This document shows positions 9,273-19,858 of a stretch of DNA of 64,000 nt, piece by piece. A program made the translations under genes and the position numbers. The stretch's first letter is position 1. The number at the start of each line of letters is the position of its first letter. Source of the DNA: Alistipes sp. (GTDB taxonomy: Bacteria > Bacteroidota > Bacteroidia > Bacteroidales > Rikenellaceae); assembly GCA_045633465.1 (NCBI GenBank), contig JAZQYJ010000063.1, forward strand, positions 21,735 to 85,734, in the 5' to 3' direction. The notes under the pieces were generated by a model. It was given only the letters and a program-made list of their open reading frames with translations, did no database searches and was not told where the DNA came from.

Positions 9273-10250
9273 TTAGCTCTTTCTTCCGATTAGATTTTCG
9301 GCATAGCGACGAAGTTCTACGGTGCGCTCTTGTGGCACTTCGAGCGCATCCAAAATCGAGAGAGCCCTCTGGAATCTCTGCGCAATCTGCTGCTCCACTC
9401 GCTCTGGAACTCCCAACGCCTCGTACAAAGCCTTGATTGTCGCAATCTTCTCTGCATCAGACAAATCCTCGCGCAGGTGGGTTGTGCGTAGCACCTCGCG
9501 CTGCTCCTCGTTGGCACGAGAGAAGGCCTCAATCATAAGAATAGTCTTCTTGCCTTCGAGGATGTCGCCACCAATCTTCTTGCCAAGTCGCTCGTCGCCA
9601 AAACTATCGAGCAAGTCATCTTGAAGTTGGAACGCCAAGCCCACCTCCAACGCAAAGTTGTAGAGGTTGTGGCAGTCGCGAGCCGATGCACCTGCAAGTG
9701 TCGCTCCTATATGAGCCGAGCCGGCGAGCAGGGCTGCGGTTTTAAGTTCAATCATTCTCATATAATCGACCACCGACACCTTCGACTGCGTTTCGAAATC
9801 CATATCGAACTGCTGTCCTTCGCACACCTCGGCCGCCATCTTGTTGAAGGTCTCGAAGACCTTTGCAAGTTGGTCGGTATGTGTTCGTTGCAGGTGGTTG
9901 TACGCCAAAATCAGCATTGCATCGCCCGACAAAATAGCCACATTTTCGCCCCACTTTGCCGGTACCGAAAGGCGACCTCGACGCACAGCGGCATTGTCCA
10001 TTATGTCGTCGTGCAGAAGTGTAAAGTTGTGGAAAATCTCAACAGCCATAGCGGGCATCAACGCTCGCTCGATATCTTCGGCATACACATTGTAGGAGAG
10101 CATAAGAAGGATTGGTCTGATGCGTTTTCCGCCCACCTCCAAGCCATACTTAATTGGGGCATAGAGGCGCTGCGGCTCCTCCGGCGTGGGCATCTGGGCA
10201 ATGTGTCGCTCAAAGAGCGAAAGCAATTCATTATTTGTATATAACCTCAT
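9273..10250 (-). CDS. Polyprenyl diphosphate synthase
   Basis: GGKRIRP, LLHDDIMD..RRG (FARM), GQQFDM, FQLQDDLLD (SARM). Start at MRLYTN. Confidence 0.92.
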   Translation of the reverse strand: MRLYTNNELLSLFERHIAQMPTPEEPQRLYAPIKYGLEVGGKRIRPILLMLSYNVYAEDIERALMPAMAVEIFHNFTLLHDDIMDNAAVRRGRLSVPAKWGENVAILSGDAMLILAYNHLQRTHTDQLAKVFETFNKMAAEVCEGQQFDMDFETQSKVSVVDYMRMIELKTAALLAGSAHIGATLAGASARDCHNLYNFALEVGLAFQLQDDLLDSFGDERLGKKIGGDILEGKKTILMIEAFSRANEEQREVLRTTHLREDLSDAEKIATIKALYEALGVPERVEQQIAQRFQRALSILDALEVPQERTVELRRYAENLIGRKS

Positions 10251-10405
10251 TGCAATAGAGTGTAAATATTTACTTTTTTTGAAATCAACTCTCAAAGGTA
10301 CAAAAAATTTTGTAATCTTGGAAATTATGCCTAACTTTGAGTGATTAAATTGAAACAAATTTGGACCGACTAAAATTTATCACAAAATATTAAAGATTAT
10401 TGACT

Positions 10406-11410
10406 ATGAAAAAACTTGTTTTTGGAATCGACATCGGCGGAACAAATACCGCTTTTGGTCTTGTAGACGAGAAGGGTGAAATCTTCGGAGAGTCGGCTAT
10501 CTCGACACGCTCGTATATGGCATACGACGACTACCCTCGCTACATAGAGGATTTGGCAACCGCAATGAAGACTCTGCTTGGAGGCATCAACTTCAACTAC
10601 GACTTGGTGGGCATTGGCATTGGTGCGCCAAACGGCAACTACTACAAAGGTACTGTCGAAATTCCTTCGAATATGTGGAAGTTCTCAAAGGAGCAACTCG
10701 CTGCCGGCAAGAAAGACGAAGAGCGCATCTTCAACCTTGCCGAGGATTTGGGCAAACACTTTGGCGGTATTCCGGTATATGTTACCAACGATGCAAACGC
10801 TGCAACTATCGGAGAGATGGTTTATGGTGGTGCGAAGGGCATGAAGGACTTTGTAATGATAACCCTCGGCACGGGTGTCGGTTCGGGTTTTGTTGCCAAT
10901 GGCGAGATGATATACGGACACGATGGCTTTGCCGGTGAGTTTGGTCATGTCATCGTCGAGCGTGGTGGTCGTGAGTGTGGTTGCGGACGCAAGGGTTGTC
11001 TTGAAACCTACACCTCGGCAGGAGGTATCAAGCGCACCGCTTTCGAGTTGATGGCTACAATGAACGACCCATCACCGCTTCGTGAGTACTCGTTTGACCA
11101 GCTCGAAGCCGCTACACTTTCGCAGTTTGCAGCCAAAGGCGACCCTATCGCCAAGGAGTGTTTCCGTCTTACAGGTCAAAAACTTGGCTACGCTTTGGCT
11201 GACGCTGTTACCATCACTTCACCTGAGGCTATCTTCATCTTCGGAGGCTTGGCAAAGGCGGGCGATTTGATTTTCGACCCTATCAAGTGGTACATGGAGG
11301 AGAATATGCTCATCGCCTTCAAGAACAAGGTGAAGGTTCTCCCAAGCGAATTGCAGAATAAGAATGCAGCTGTTCTCGGTGCTTCGGCACTCGTTTGGCA
11401 GGCAAAGTAG
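10406..11410 (+). CDS. ROK-family sugar kinase (glucokinase)
   Basis: GIDIGGT, NDANAA, TLGTGVGSG, GEFGH, CGCGRKGCLE. Confidence 0.92.
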   Translation: MKKLVFGIDIGGTNTAFGLVDEKGEIFGESAISTRSYMAYDDYPRYIEDLATAMKTLLGGINFNYDLVGIGIGAPNGNYYKGTVEIPSNMWKFSKEQLAAGKKDEERIFNLAEDLGKHFGGIPVYVTNDANAATIGEMVYGGAKGMKDFVMITLGTGVGSGFVANGEMIYGHDGFAGEFGHVIVERGGRECGCGRKGCLETYTSAGGIKRTAFELMATMNDPSPLREYSFDQLEAATLSQFAAKGDPIAKECFRLTGQKLGYALADAVTITSPEAIFIFGGLAKAGDLIFDPIKWYMEENMLIAFKNKVKVLPSELQNKNAAVLGASALVWQAK

Positions 11411-11477
11411 AATAGAGTAGATATGGAAGGGGTGTGTTATATCGCCCCTTCTATTGCAACATCACAACTCAGTTGAT

Positions 11478-13715
11478 ATGAAGAAATTTTCAATTTTAAT
11501 GCTCATGTTGGCCCTTGTTGCCAACACTGCCGTAGCGCAGATAACACAAGAGGAGAAAGAGGCGTTCAAATTTGCCGACAAACTCATCAAGAAGATGACC
11601 TTGCGTGAGAAGTTTGGTCAGCTCGAACAGTTTATCACTCGCAAAGGCGTAGTTACAGGCCCGGGTGGCGTTAAGGGCGACATCGAGAGCGCTGTTCGCA
11701 AGGGCGAGGTTGGCTCGTTCCTCTCGATTCGCAAGCCCGAAGAGGCTTTGCGCTTGCAGAAGATGGCGGTGGAAGAGAGCCGCTTGGGTATTCCTCTTAT
11801 CTTCGGTTACGACATTATTCACGGCTGTAAGATTATCTTCCCCGAGAACCTCGCTATGTCGTGCTCGTGGAACCTCGACGCAGTAGAGGGTGCAGCGCGA
11901 GTTGCTGCCGAAGAGAGTGCTGCGGCAGGTATTCATTGGACCTTCTCGCCAATGTGCGACATCTCGGTAGATCCTCGTTGGAGCCGTGTGTCGGAGGGCG
12001 CAGGCGAGGACCCATACCTCGGAGCAAAGATTGCTGCCGCTACGGTGCGTGGTTATCAGGGCAAAGACCTTTCGTCGGATAAGACTATTGCCGCTTGCGT
12101 GAAGCACTTTGCGGCTTATGGAGCGGCACAGGCAGGTAGGGACTACAATACGGTCGATATGTCGGAGTTGATGTTCCGCAATCTCTATCTCCCACCATAT
12201 CGTGCTGCGGTAGATGCTGGTGCTGTTACGGTTATGTCGTCGTTCAACGACTTCCACGGTGTGCCGGCTTCGGGCAACAAATGGCTCTTGTACGACCTTC
12301 TCCGCAAGGAGTTGGGTTTCAGGGGCTTTGTTGTTTCGGATTGGAAGGCTGTAAACGAGATGATTATCCACGGTGTGGCTGCCGATGGCAAGGAGGCTGC
12401 CGAGTTGGCGTTGAAGGCTCACCTCAATATGGATATGCTCGGTGGCGACTATATCGCCCACGGTGAGCAACTCGTTAAGGAGGGTCGCATCTCGGAGAAG
12501 CTCGTCGATGAGCTTGTTCGCGAGGTTTTGGCGGTGAAGTATCGCCTCGGCTTGTTCGAAGACCCATACCGATATGGTTCTCAGGACCAGAAGAGTTCGT
12601 ACTATCGCCCAGAACACTTGGCGTTTGCTCGCGAGGTGGCTACCGAGTCGATGGTTTTGCTCAAAAACGACGGTGTATTGCCACTCCAAAAGGGCGTAAA
12701 GATTGCCCTTATCGGTCAATTTGCCGACTCGCAAATCGACCAGCTTGGTGCTTGGCGAGGCTTGGGCGAGAAAGAGCATTCGATTACTGTTCGCACTGCC
12801 CTCGAAGAGCGTTTTGGCAAGGAGAATGTGCTCTACACCAAGGCCTACGAGTGTGGCAGATATAAGAATGGACTTATCGAAGGCGGCATCGAGGAGGCTG
12901 TAAAGATTGCTGAGCAGTCGGATGTAATTCTCCTTTCGGTAGGTCTTTCGGGTTGGCACAGCGGAGAGTCGCGTTCTCGTGCTTCGATTTCGGTTCCCGA
13001 GGATCAGCAGCAGTTGCTCGACGCCTTGAAGAAGACGGGCAAGAAGATTGTTGTACTCCTCTCGACTGGTCGCGCAATGGATATTCGCAACGAGGTGGAG
13101 AAGTCTGATGCTGTGTTGTTGACTTGGCACGGAGGAACAATGGCTGGTCCTGCGGTTGCCGACCTTGTTTCGGGCGACAAGAACCCTTCGGGGCACCTCA
13201 CGATGTCGTTTCCATACCATGTAGGACAGATTCCTGTTCATTACAACTCGAAAAATACAGGTCGCCCGGCAAAGAGCCAATTCAAGCCGCAGGGATATAG
13301 TGCGAGCTATGTTGATATTCAGAATGCCCCACTCTTCCCATTTGGCTATGGTTTGAGCTACACCGAGTTCGAGTATTCGGATTTGAAGGTTTTGACTCCG
13401 ACTGTTGAACTTGGCGGCGTAGTGAAGGTTAGCGTTAAGGTTACCAACAAGGGCAAGTACGATGGCGACGATGTGGCACAACTATATGTGCACGATGTTG
13501 TGGCAGAGACCACTCGCCCTGTACGCGAGTTGAAGGGCTTTGAGCGCTTCTCGTTGAAGGCTGGCGAGTCGAAGGTTATTACCTTCGAACTTCCCACCTC
13601 GGAGTTGGCATATTGCCATAGTGATATGAGCTGGAAGGAGGACAAGGGCGACTTCAAGGTTTGGGTAGGTGCAGATTCGTACGCTACACTCGAAGGAAAA
13701 TTTGCAATCAAATAA
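11478..13715 (+). CDS. bglX: Periplasmic beta-glucosidase, GH3
   Basis: Signal peptide; SRLGIPL, DPRWSR, KHFAAYG, VVSDW nucleophile, PFGYGLSYT, C-terminal FnIII domain. Confidence 0.92.
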   Translation: MKKFSILMLMLALVANTAVAQITQEEKEAFKFADKLIKKMTLREKFGQLEQFITRKGVVTGPGGVKGDIESAVRKGEVGSFLSIRKPEEALRLQKMAVEESRLGIPLIFGYDIIHGCKIIFPENLAMSCSWNLDAVEGAARVAAEESAAAGIHWTFSPMCDISVDPRWSRVSEGAGEDPYLGAKIAAATVRGYQGKDLSSDKTIAACVKHFAAYGAAQAGRDYNTVDMSELMFRNLYLPPYRAAVDAGAVTVMSSFNDFHGVPASGNKWLLYDLLRKELGFRGFVVSDWKAVNEMIIHGVAADGKEAAELALKAHLNMDMLGGDYIAHGEQLVKEGRISEKLVDELVREVLAVKYRLGLFEDPYRYGSQDQKSSYYRPEHLAFAREVATESMVLLKNDGVLPLQKGVKIALIGQFADSQIDQLGAWRGLGEKEHSITVRTALEERFGKENVLYTKAYECGRYKNGLIEGGIEEAVKIAEQSDVILLSVGLSGWHSGESRSRASISVPEDQQQLLDALKKTGKKIVVLLSTGRAMDIRNEVEKSDAVLLTWHGGTMAGPAVADLVSGDKNPSGHLTMSFPYHVGQIPVHYNSKNTGRPAKSQFKPQGYSASYVDIQNAPLFPFGYGLSYTEFEYSDLKVLTPTVELGGVVKVSVKVTNKGKYDGDDVAQLYVHDVVAETTRPVRELKGFERFSLKAGESKVITFELPTSELAYCHSDMSWKEDKGDFKVWVGADSYATLEGKFAIK

Positions 13716-13726
13716 AAACTTGAACA

Positions 13727-14650
13727 ATGAAGAGGTTTATTTTAACCCTTGCGCTCGTTGCTACGGCATTTGTGGCGATTGCAGAGAGTCGTACCGATAA
13801 GTTGTTGCGTGAGTTGCGCAACCCGAAGTCGGAGTATGTGTTTGTGGTTTCACACCGTGCCGATTGGCGCAACTTCCCCGAGAACTCGTTGGAGGCTATC
13901 GAGTCGGCTATTAAGATGGGGGTTGATATCGTTGAGCTGGATGTACATCGTACTGCCGATGGCGAGTTAGTGATTTGCCACGACCGCACCATCAACCGTA
14001 CAACCAACGGCAAGGGTAAAATTGCCGAGTTGACACTCGACTACATCCGTAATTGCTATTTGCGTGCAGGACACAATGCTGTAACTCGCTACAAGATGCC
14101 AACCTTGGCTGAGGCGCTCGATCTCTGCAAAGATCGCGTTCTTATCAACCTCGACAAGGCGGTAAACTACTATGATCAGATTATGGATATGCTCGTAAAA
14201 CGCAAGATGGCTGATCAGGTAATTATGAAAAGTAGCAAGTCGCCTGCTGCGATGAAGGATTTCTTCTCGCACCACAAGCAGAATATGCTCTATATGCCTG
14301 TTATCAACTACAACGCAAAGTCGTGGGGCAAGCACGAACTTCTCTTCAATGACTACCTCTCTACCGACCTTCCATTTATCGCTTACGAGATGTGTTGGGA
14401 TGGCTCGTTAAAGGGCGAAGGCAAGGTCTTTAAGAAGGTGGTTAAGAGTGGTAAGCGACTCTGGATTAACACTTTGTGGGGCAAATTGTGCGGTGGTAAG
14501 GAGAATGGTTACGACGACGATGCTGCCGTAGGCAACGAGGAGAAAATCTACGGTAAAATTCTCTCGTATGGAACCTCGATGATTCAGACCGACCGACCTC
14601 AGATGCTCATCAACTACTTGGAGAGCAAAGGACGACATACGCTGAAATAA
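13727..14650 (+). CDS. Secreted glycerophosphodiester phosphodiesterase
   Basis: Signal peptide; SHRADW..PENS, VELDV, ICHD, IQTDRP. Confidence 0.9.
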   Translation: MKRFILTLALVATAFVAIAESRTDKLLRELRNPKSEYVFVVSHRADWRNFPENSLEAIESAIKMGVDIVELDVHRTADGELVICHDRTINRTTNGKGKIAELTLDYIRNCYLRAGHNAVTRYKMPTLAEALDLCKDRVLINLDKAVNYYDQIMDMLVKRKMADQVIMKSSKSPAAMKDFFSHHKQNMLYMPVINYNAKSWGKHELLFNDYLSTDLPFIAYEMCWDGSLKGEGKVFKKVVKSGKRLWINTLWGKLCGGKENGYDDDAAVGNEEKIYGKILSYGTSMIQTDRPQMLINYLESKGRHTLK

Positions 14651-14676
14651 ACTAACTTAAATAGCTGAAAAATTTT

Positions 14677-16110
14677 ATGGGATTTTTGAATTTTTTTAAG
14701 ACAAGCGCTCCGGCACCGCTTCGTACAGACCTCGACGAGCAGGCTCAGAAGAGGTATCACAAGTCGTTGGCGTTCCAATCGTTTGTGGCAGGAACGCTCG
14801 GATACAGCTTCTACTATGTTTGCCGTGCGGCTCTCAATGTGATGAAGAAGCCGATTATCGATAGCGGTCTGCTCGATGCCGACCAGCTCGGTACAGTAGG
14901 TGCTGTAACTTTGGCAGCTTATGCTATCGGAAAGTTCGTGAATGGCTTCTTGGCCGACCACTCGAATATCAAACGATTTATGGCAACAGGTCTTATTGTC
15001 TCGGCCCTTGCCTGCCTCTTGATGGGTATCTTTGGTTTGACAGGTAGCGAGCAGTATGCTGCTCTCATCGGCGTAGATCCTGCTCAGGCAAAGAACATCT
15101 CGTTTATGGTGTTCATCGCCTTTGCAATTTTGTGGGGATTAAGCGGTTGGGGTCAGTCGATGGGTGCGCCACCGGCAATTATCGCGCTTTCGCGTTGGTT
15201 CCCACTCTCTCGTCGTGGAACATTCTATGGTTTCTTCTCGGCGAGCCACAACCTCGGAGAGGGCCTTTCATTCATCTTTGTAGGCTCAATCGTAGCCTAT
15301 GCAGGATGGCAGTGGGGCTTCTTCGGTGCCGCTATTGCTGGTTTGATAGGAATTTTGATTATCATCTTCTTGATGCACGATACTCCTGAGAGTAAGGGCT
15401 TGCCTTCAATTGAGGTGTTGACCGGCGAGAAGGTCGAGGTGAAGAAGAGCGATGATGACGGCTCGGCAGGTGCTGCTCAGAAACTCGCTTTGAAGACCCC
15501 TGCTGTTTGGATATTGGCTCTTGCTTCGGCATTTATGTACATCTCTCGTTACTCGTTGAATTCGTGGGGAGTACTCTTTATGCAGGAGATAAAGGGTTAT
15601 AGCTTGATGGAGGCTTCGACAATTATCTCAATCAATGCTTGGTTGGGCATTGTCGGTACCGTTGTAGCCGGTTGGATGTCGGATGTATTGTTCAAGGGTG
15701 ATCGTAAGATGCCGGCGTTTGTTTCGGGTATCCTCCTTTCGGTCTCTTATGCATTGTTCATCTATGGTGGTGACGAATATTGGGTGAGCGTTCTCTCGAT
15801 GGCTCTCTTCGGTATCTCCATCGGTGTATTGATTGCATTCTTGGGTGGCTTGATGGCTGTGGACATCGTTCCTCGTAAGGCAACAGGCGCAGCACTCGGT
15901 ATCGTAGGTATGGTAAGCTATGCTGCAGCTTCTATCCAGGAGAAGGTGAGCGGTTACCTCGTGAACAGCAATATCACCGAGACGGTAAACGAACTTGGCG
16001 AGGTTGTTAAGCACTACGACTTCTCGGATGCAGCAATCTTCTGGATTGGAGCATCGGTTATCTCGTTCTTGTTGCCAATCCTCAATTGGGGCAAGAAGGT
16101 GAAGGAGTAA
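14677..16110 (+). CDS. MFS organophosphate:Pi antiporter (GlpT/UhpT family)
   Basis: YYVCR, YAIGKF, WFP..RG..YG.FSASHNLG, DTPESKGLP; about 12 TM segments. Confidence 0.88.
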   Translation: MGFLNFFKTSAPAPLRTDLDEQAQKRYHKSLAFQSFVAGTLGYSFYYVCRAALNVMKKPIIDSGLLDADQLGTVGAVTLAAYAIGKFVNGFLADHSNIKRFMATGLIVSALACLLMGIFGLTGSEQYAALIGVDPAQAKNISFMVFIAFAILWGLSGWGQSMGAPPAIIALSRWFPLSRRGTFYGFFSASHNLGEGLSFIFVGSIVAYAGWQWGFFGAAIAGLIGILIIIFLMHDTPESKGLPSIEVLTGEKVEVKKSDDDGSAGAAQKLALKTPAVWILALASAFMYISRYSLNSWGVLFMQEIKGYSLMEASTIISINAWLGIVGTVVAGWMSDVLFKGDRKMPAFVSGILLSVSYALFIYGGDEYWVSVLSMALFGISIGVLIAFLGGLMAVDIVPRKATGAALGIVGMVSYAAASIQEKVSGYLVNSNITETVNELGEVVKHYDFSDAAIFWIGASVISFLLPILNWGKKVKE

Positions 16111-16252
16111 GTTGAGAGTTGAAAGTTTAGAGTGGAGAGTTTGGTAAATTTTGCCAAACTCTTCTTTTTTGTGTAATTTTCAATCCTCAATTCTCAATTC
16201 TCAATTTTTTTATGCTATCTTTGCCCGATAAATTTATTTTAACTCTATTACG

Positions 16253-17533
16253 ATGAGCGAGAAAAAACTCCGTTTCGAGACATTGCAGATTCACGGCGGA
16301 TATGCACCTGACCACACTTTGTCGCGTGGTTTGGCTATCTATCCTACCGCTGCGTATCACTTCAAAAGTTGCGACTATGCCGCTAACCTCTTCGAGTTGA
16401 GCGAGCCTGGAAATATATATACCCGAATCCATAACCCTACAACCGCAAACTACGAAAATCGTGTGGCGGCATTGTATGGTGGCGTAGGTGCATTGGCAAC
16501 TTCGTCTGGTATGTCGGCGATTTTGCTCACCGTAACCGCATTGGCAAAGGCGGGCGACAATATTGTAACTTCGCCATATGTCTATGGTGGAACTCACAAT
16601 CAATTCTCGATTTCATTGCGCAACCTCGGCGTTGAGGTGCGCTTTGCGAAGAACGCTTCGGCAGAGGCTGTCGAGGAGTTGATTGACGAGAAGACACGCT
16701 TCGTGTTCGTGGAGTCGATGTCGAACCCCGGCTGCATTGTTGCCGATATGGAGGCGTTGGCAAAGGTTGCTCACGCTCATCAAATGCCGCTCGTTGTGGA
16801 TAATACCTTCGGAGCTTGCGGTTACCTCTGCAACCCGTTTGAGTGGGGTGCGGACATCATCTGCGACTCGGCTACAAAGTGGATAAATGGTCACGGAACG
16901 GCTATGGGCGGTATTATCGTCGATGGCGGAACATTCGATTGGGGCAATGGTCGCTATCCCGAAATTGACGGTCCATCGGAGGGCTACCACGGCTTGAATT
17001 TGTGGAAGACCTTCGGCAATCAGGCATTTATCGTAAAGTGTCGTGTTGATGGCTTGCGCGACTTCGGTTGCTGCCCATCGCCATTCGACACTTATCTTAT
17101 GATGCTCGGTCTTGAAACCCTCTCGTTGCGAGTTCGCCACGAGGCGGAGGCTACCGCAAAGTTGGCAGAGTTCTTCCGTGCAAACGAGAATGTTCGCTCG
17201 GTAAGTTATGTCGGCTTCGAGGATAACCCAAGCTACGAGTTGGCGCAGAAGTACTTCCGCAAGGGTGCTGCGTGTGTAATCTCGGTGGATATGAAGGGTA
17301 CTTTGGAGAGCACCGTAAAGTTGGTTGAGGGGCTGAAACTCGTTGCCAATATGACGATGATTGGCGACTCAATTACGGTGGTTACCCACCCAGCTTCGAC
17401 CACCCACAAGCAGTTGAGCGCCGAGGCATTGAAGCGAGCAGGTATCTCGCCTACGCTCTTGCGTATCTCGGCTGGCTTGGAGGCTGTTGAGGATATTATC
17501 GAAGACTTTGAGCAAAGTTTTGCTCAAATCTAA
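16253..17533 (+). CDS. metY: O-acetylhomoserine aminocarboxypropyltransferase (sulfhydrylase)
   Basis: FETLQIH, GNIYTRIHNPT, VDNTF, SATKW, HPASTTH. Confidence 0.9.
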   Translation: MSEKKLRFETLQIHGGYAPDHTLSRGLAIYPTAAYHFKSCDYAANLFELSEPGNIYTRIHNPTTANYENRVAALYGGVGALATSSGMSAILLTVTALAKAGDNIVTSPYVYGGTHNQFSISLRNLGVEVRFAKNASAEAVEELIDEKTRFVFVESMSNPGCIVADMEALAKVAHAHQMPLVVDNTFGACGYLCNPFEWGADIICDSATKWINGHGTAMGGIIVDGGTFDWGNGRYPEIDGPSEGYHGLNLWKTFGNQAFIVKCRVDGLRDFGCCPSPFDTYLMMLGLETLSLRVRHEAEATAKLAEFFRANENVRSVSYVGFEDNPSYELAQKYFRKGAACVISVDMKGTLESTVKLVEGLKLVANMTMIGDSITVVTHPASTTHKQLSAEALKRAGISPTLLRISAGLEAVEDIIEDFEQSFAQI

Positions 17534-17564
17534 TTGAGAATTGAGAATTAAGAATTGAGAATTA

Positions 17565-18581
17565 GTGGCTAAATTTTTTCACGATACAACACCGTTAAAG
17601 TTGGAGGGCGGAGGTGTTTTGAGCGAGTTGACAATCGCCTACGACACCTATGGCGAGCGCAACGAAAATGATTCGAACATCATCTGGGTATGTCACGCCT
17701 TGACCGCATCGTCGGATGTGGAGTCGTGGTGGCCCGAGATGATTGGCGAAGGAAAGTTGCTCGATGCATCGCGCTACTTTATCATCTGCGCCAACTTCCT
17801 CGGCTCGCACTACGGCACTACGGGCCCACTCTCGATTAACCCTGCTACGGGCGAGAAGTGGTATGGCGACTTCCCGAAGGTTACCGTGCGCGATATGGCA
17901 GAGTGCCACCGTCGCTTGGCGGAGCATCTCGGCATTAAGCGAGTAAAGTTGCTTATCGGTAGTTCGATTGGAGGTTTCCAGTGTTTGGAGATGGTGTTGG
18001 CAAACCCCGATTTGGCAGAAAACTTGGTGTTGATTGCTACGGGAGCGACCACCACACCGTGGATTTCGGCGTTCAACGAGTCGCAGCGTTGGATTTTGGA
18101 GAACGACCCAACCTATGGCGAGCGTCGTGATGATGCGGGCGAGGCGGGTATGGCGGCAGCACGCAGTGTGGCGTTGTTGAGTTATCGTGGTGGCCCGGCA
18201 TACTGCCTTACACAGCAGGATAACGAGGAGTTGAAGGGCGACCTCTTCAAACGCAGAGTTCATTCGTACCAGCGTTATCAGGGCGAGAAGTTGCGCAGAA
18301 GATTTAACGCCTACTCCTACGCTTCGGTTTCGTATGCGGTTGATTCGCACGATATTGGTCGTGGTCGAGGTGGCGTGGTCGAGGCGTTGAAAAATATTAA
18401 GAGCCGCACATTTGTAGTGGGTATTACAAGCGACATCCTCTTCACCGAGGTCGAAAATCGCTACCTTGCCGACAATATCAAGGGTTCGCACTATCACCTT
18501 ATCGACTCATCATTCGGACACGATGGCTTCTTGGTCGAGGCAGAGTCGCTCAACAAACTCATTTTGGATTTTATAAACTAA
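17565..18581 (+). CDS. metX: Homoserine O-acetyltransferase (MetX family)
   Basis: CHALT, GSSIGG nucleophile elbow, SDILF, FGHDGFL. GTG start. Confidence 0.9.
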   Translation: MAKFFHDTTPLKLEGGGVLSELTIAYDTYGERNENDSNIIWVCHALTASSDVESWWPEMIGEGKLLDASRYFIICANFLGSHYGTTGPLSINPATGEKWYGDFPKVTVRDMAECHRRLAEHLGIKRVKLLIGSSIGGFQCLEMVLANPDLAENLVLIATGATTTPWISAFNESQRWILENDPTYGERRDDAGEAGMAAARSVALLSYRGGPAYCLTQQDNEELKGDLFKRRVHSYQRYQGEKLRRRFNAYSYASVSYAVDSHDIGRGRGGVVEALKNIKSRTFVVGITSDILFTEVENRYLADNIKGSHYHLIDSSFGHDGFLVEAESLNKLILDFIN

Positions 18582-18589
18582 AAAGATAT

Positions 18590-19783
18590 ATGGGACAGAA
18601 ACAACTTGTAATCGGAATGTTCGGCTTCGGCAATGTAGGTCGAGGACTCTACGATGTTCTGAACACCATCTCCTCGAAGGAGGCGACAATCAAGCGCGTC
18701 TGCGTACGCGATTTGAGCAAGGAGCGCGGCGTAAAGGAGGAGTTCTTTACCGACAATGCCGAGGATATTTTTAACGACAAGGATATCAATCTTATTGTTG
18801 AGTTGATTGACGATGCCGAGGCGGCATACCACATTGTTAAGCGCGCCCTCACAAGCGGTCTTTCGGCTGTTTCAGGCAACAAGAAGATGCTGGCACACCA
18901 CCTTCCGGAATTGATTGAGTTGCAGCAGAAGCACAATGTGGCGTTGCTCTACGATGCATCGGCTTGCGGTTCGATTCCTGTTATCCGCAACCTCGAAGAG
19001 TACTACGACAACGACCTCCTCGTATCGGTTAAAGGTATCTTGAATGGCTCGTCGAACTTCATTCTCTCGAAGATTTTTAACGAGAACTACTCTTACGACG
19101 TGGCTTTGCGCCGTGCGCAGGAGTTGGGCTTCGCCGAGAGTGACCCAACACTCGATATTGGCGGTTGGGACTCGTTGTTCAAGCTTATCATCATCACTGT
19201 ACACGCCTTCGGTTGCTATGTGTCGCCCGAGAAGATTTTTACCTACGGTATATCTTCGATGAACGACAACGATATCCGATTCGCGAACGAGAAGGAGCGT
19301 CGCTACAAGTTGGTTGCCCATGTCGAGAAGTTGGAGAATGGCAAGATTATTATGAGCGTTATGCCACAGCTCATCTCGCGCGAGAAATATATATATAGTG
19401 TAGAGGACGAGTTCAATGGCGTGGTTATCAAGGGCAAGTTCTACGACAAGCAGTTTATGTTTGGTCGTGGTGCAGGCGGTCACCCGACAGGTTCGGCTGT
19501 GTTGAGCGATATTATGGCTTGCTTCTACAACTACCGCTACGAGTACAAGCGAATGATTGGTCGCACCCCGGTTGAATATACAGACGATGTGTTGGTACGA
19601 GTATATCTCCGCTACTCGAATGCTGAGGATCGTGCATTATTCGAGTTCGATAGCGTGGAGGAGCAGTACATAAGCAACGACTACAAGTATGTTGTTGGTC
19701 ATATCTCGTTGGCAAATCTCCACAAGAATGCAGCGCAGATTCGTGAGCGCGACCTCTTTATTGCAGCATACCCGACAAAGTAA
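18590..19783 (+). CDS. hom: Homoserine dehydrogenase
   Basis: GFGNVG, NKK, GILNGSSNFIL, AQELGFAESDPT, GRGAGGHPT. Confidence 0.93.
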   Translation: MGQKQLVIGMFGFGNVGRGLYDVLNTISSKEATIKRVCVRDLSKERGVKEEFFTDNAEDIFNDKDINLIVELIDDAEAAYHIVKRALTSGLSAVSGNKKMLAHHLPELIELQQKHNVALLYDASACGSIPVIRNLEEYYDNDLLVSVKGILNGSSNFILSKIFNENYSYDVALRRAQELGFAESDPTLDIGGWDSLFKLIIITVHAFGCYVSPEKIFTYGISSMNDNDIRFANEKERRYKLVAHVEKLENGKIIMSVMPQLISREKYIYSVEDEFNGVVIKGKFYDKQFMFGRGAGGHPTGSAVLSDIMACFYNYRYEYKRMIGRTPVEYTDDVLVRVYLRYSNAEDRALFEFDSVEEQYISNDYKYVVGHISLANLHKNAAQIRERDLFIAAYPTK

Positions 19784-19800
19784 AGGATACAACCCTAAAC

Positions 19801-19845
19801 AAAAAGGCCCCAAGAGTCGTTTGAACACCTCTTGGGGCCTTTTTT
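19801..19845. terminator. Bidirectional intrinsic terminator
   Basis: aaaaaggccccaagag...ctcttggggccttttt between convergent genes. Confidence 0.85.
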
Positions 19846-19858
19846 ATCGCTTTGGGTT

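Noticed and set aside
11496-13481. 661 aa minus-strand ORF, and similar long antisense ORFs at 8119-9015, 17595-18497, 30174-31106, 32482-33600 and 60188-62035
   Set aside because: Shadows of well-supported genes caused by codon bias; no recognisable motifs.
16111-16252. Possible SAM riboswitch or T-box ahead of metY-metX-hom
   Set aside because: The -7 box at 16216-16223 leaves only ~25 nt of leader, and no S-box or SAM-II motif is visible. The hairpin at ~16137-16162 is the upstream terminator.
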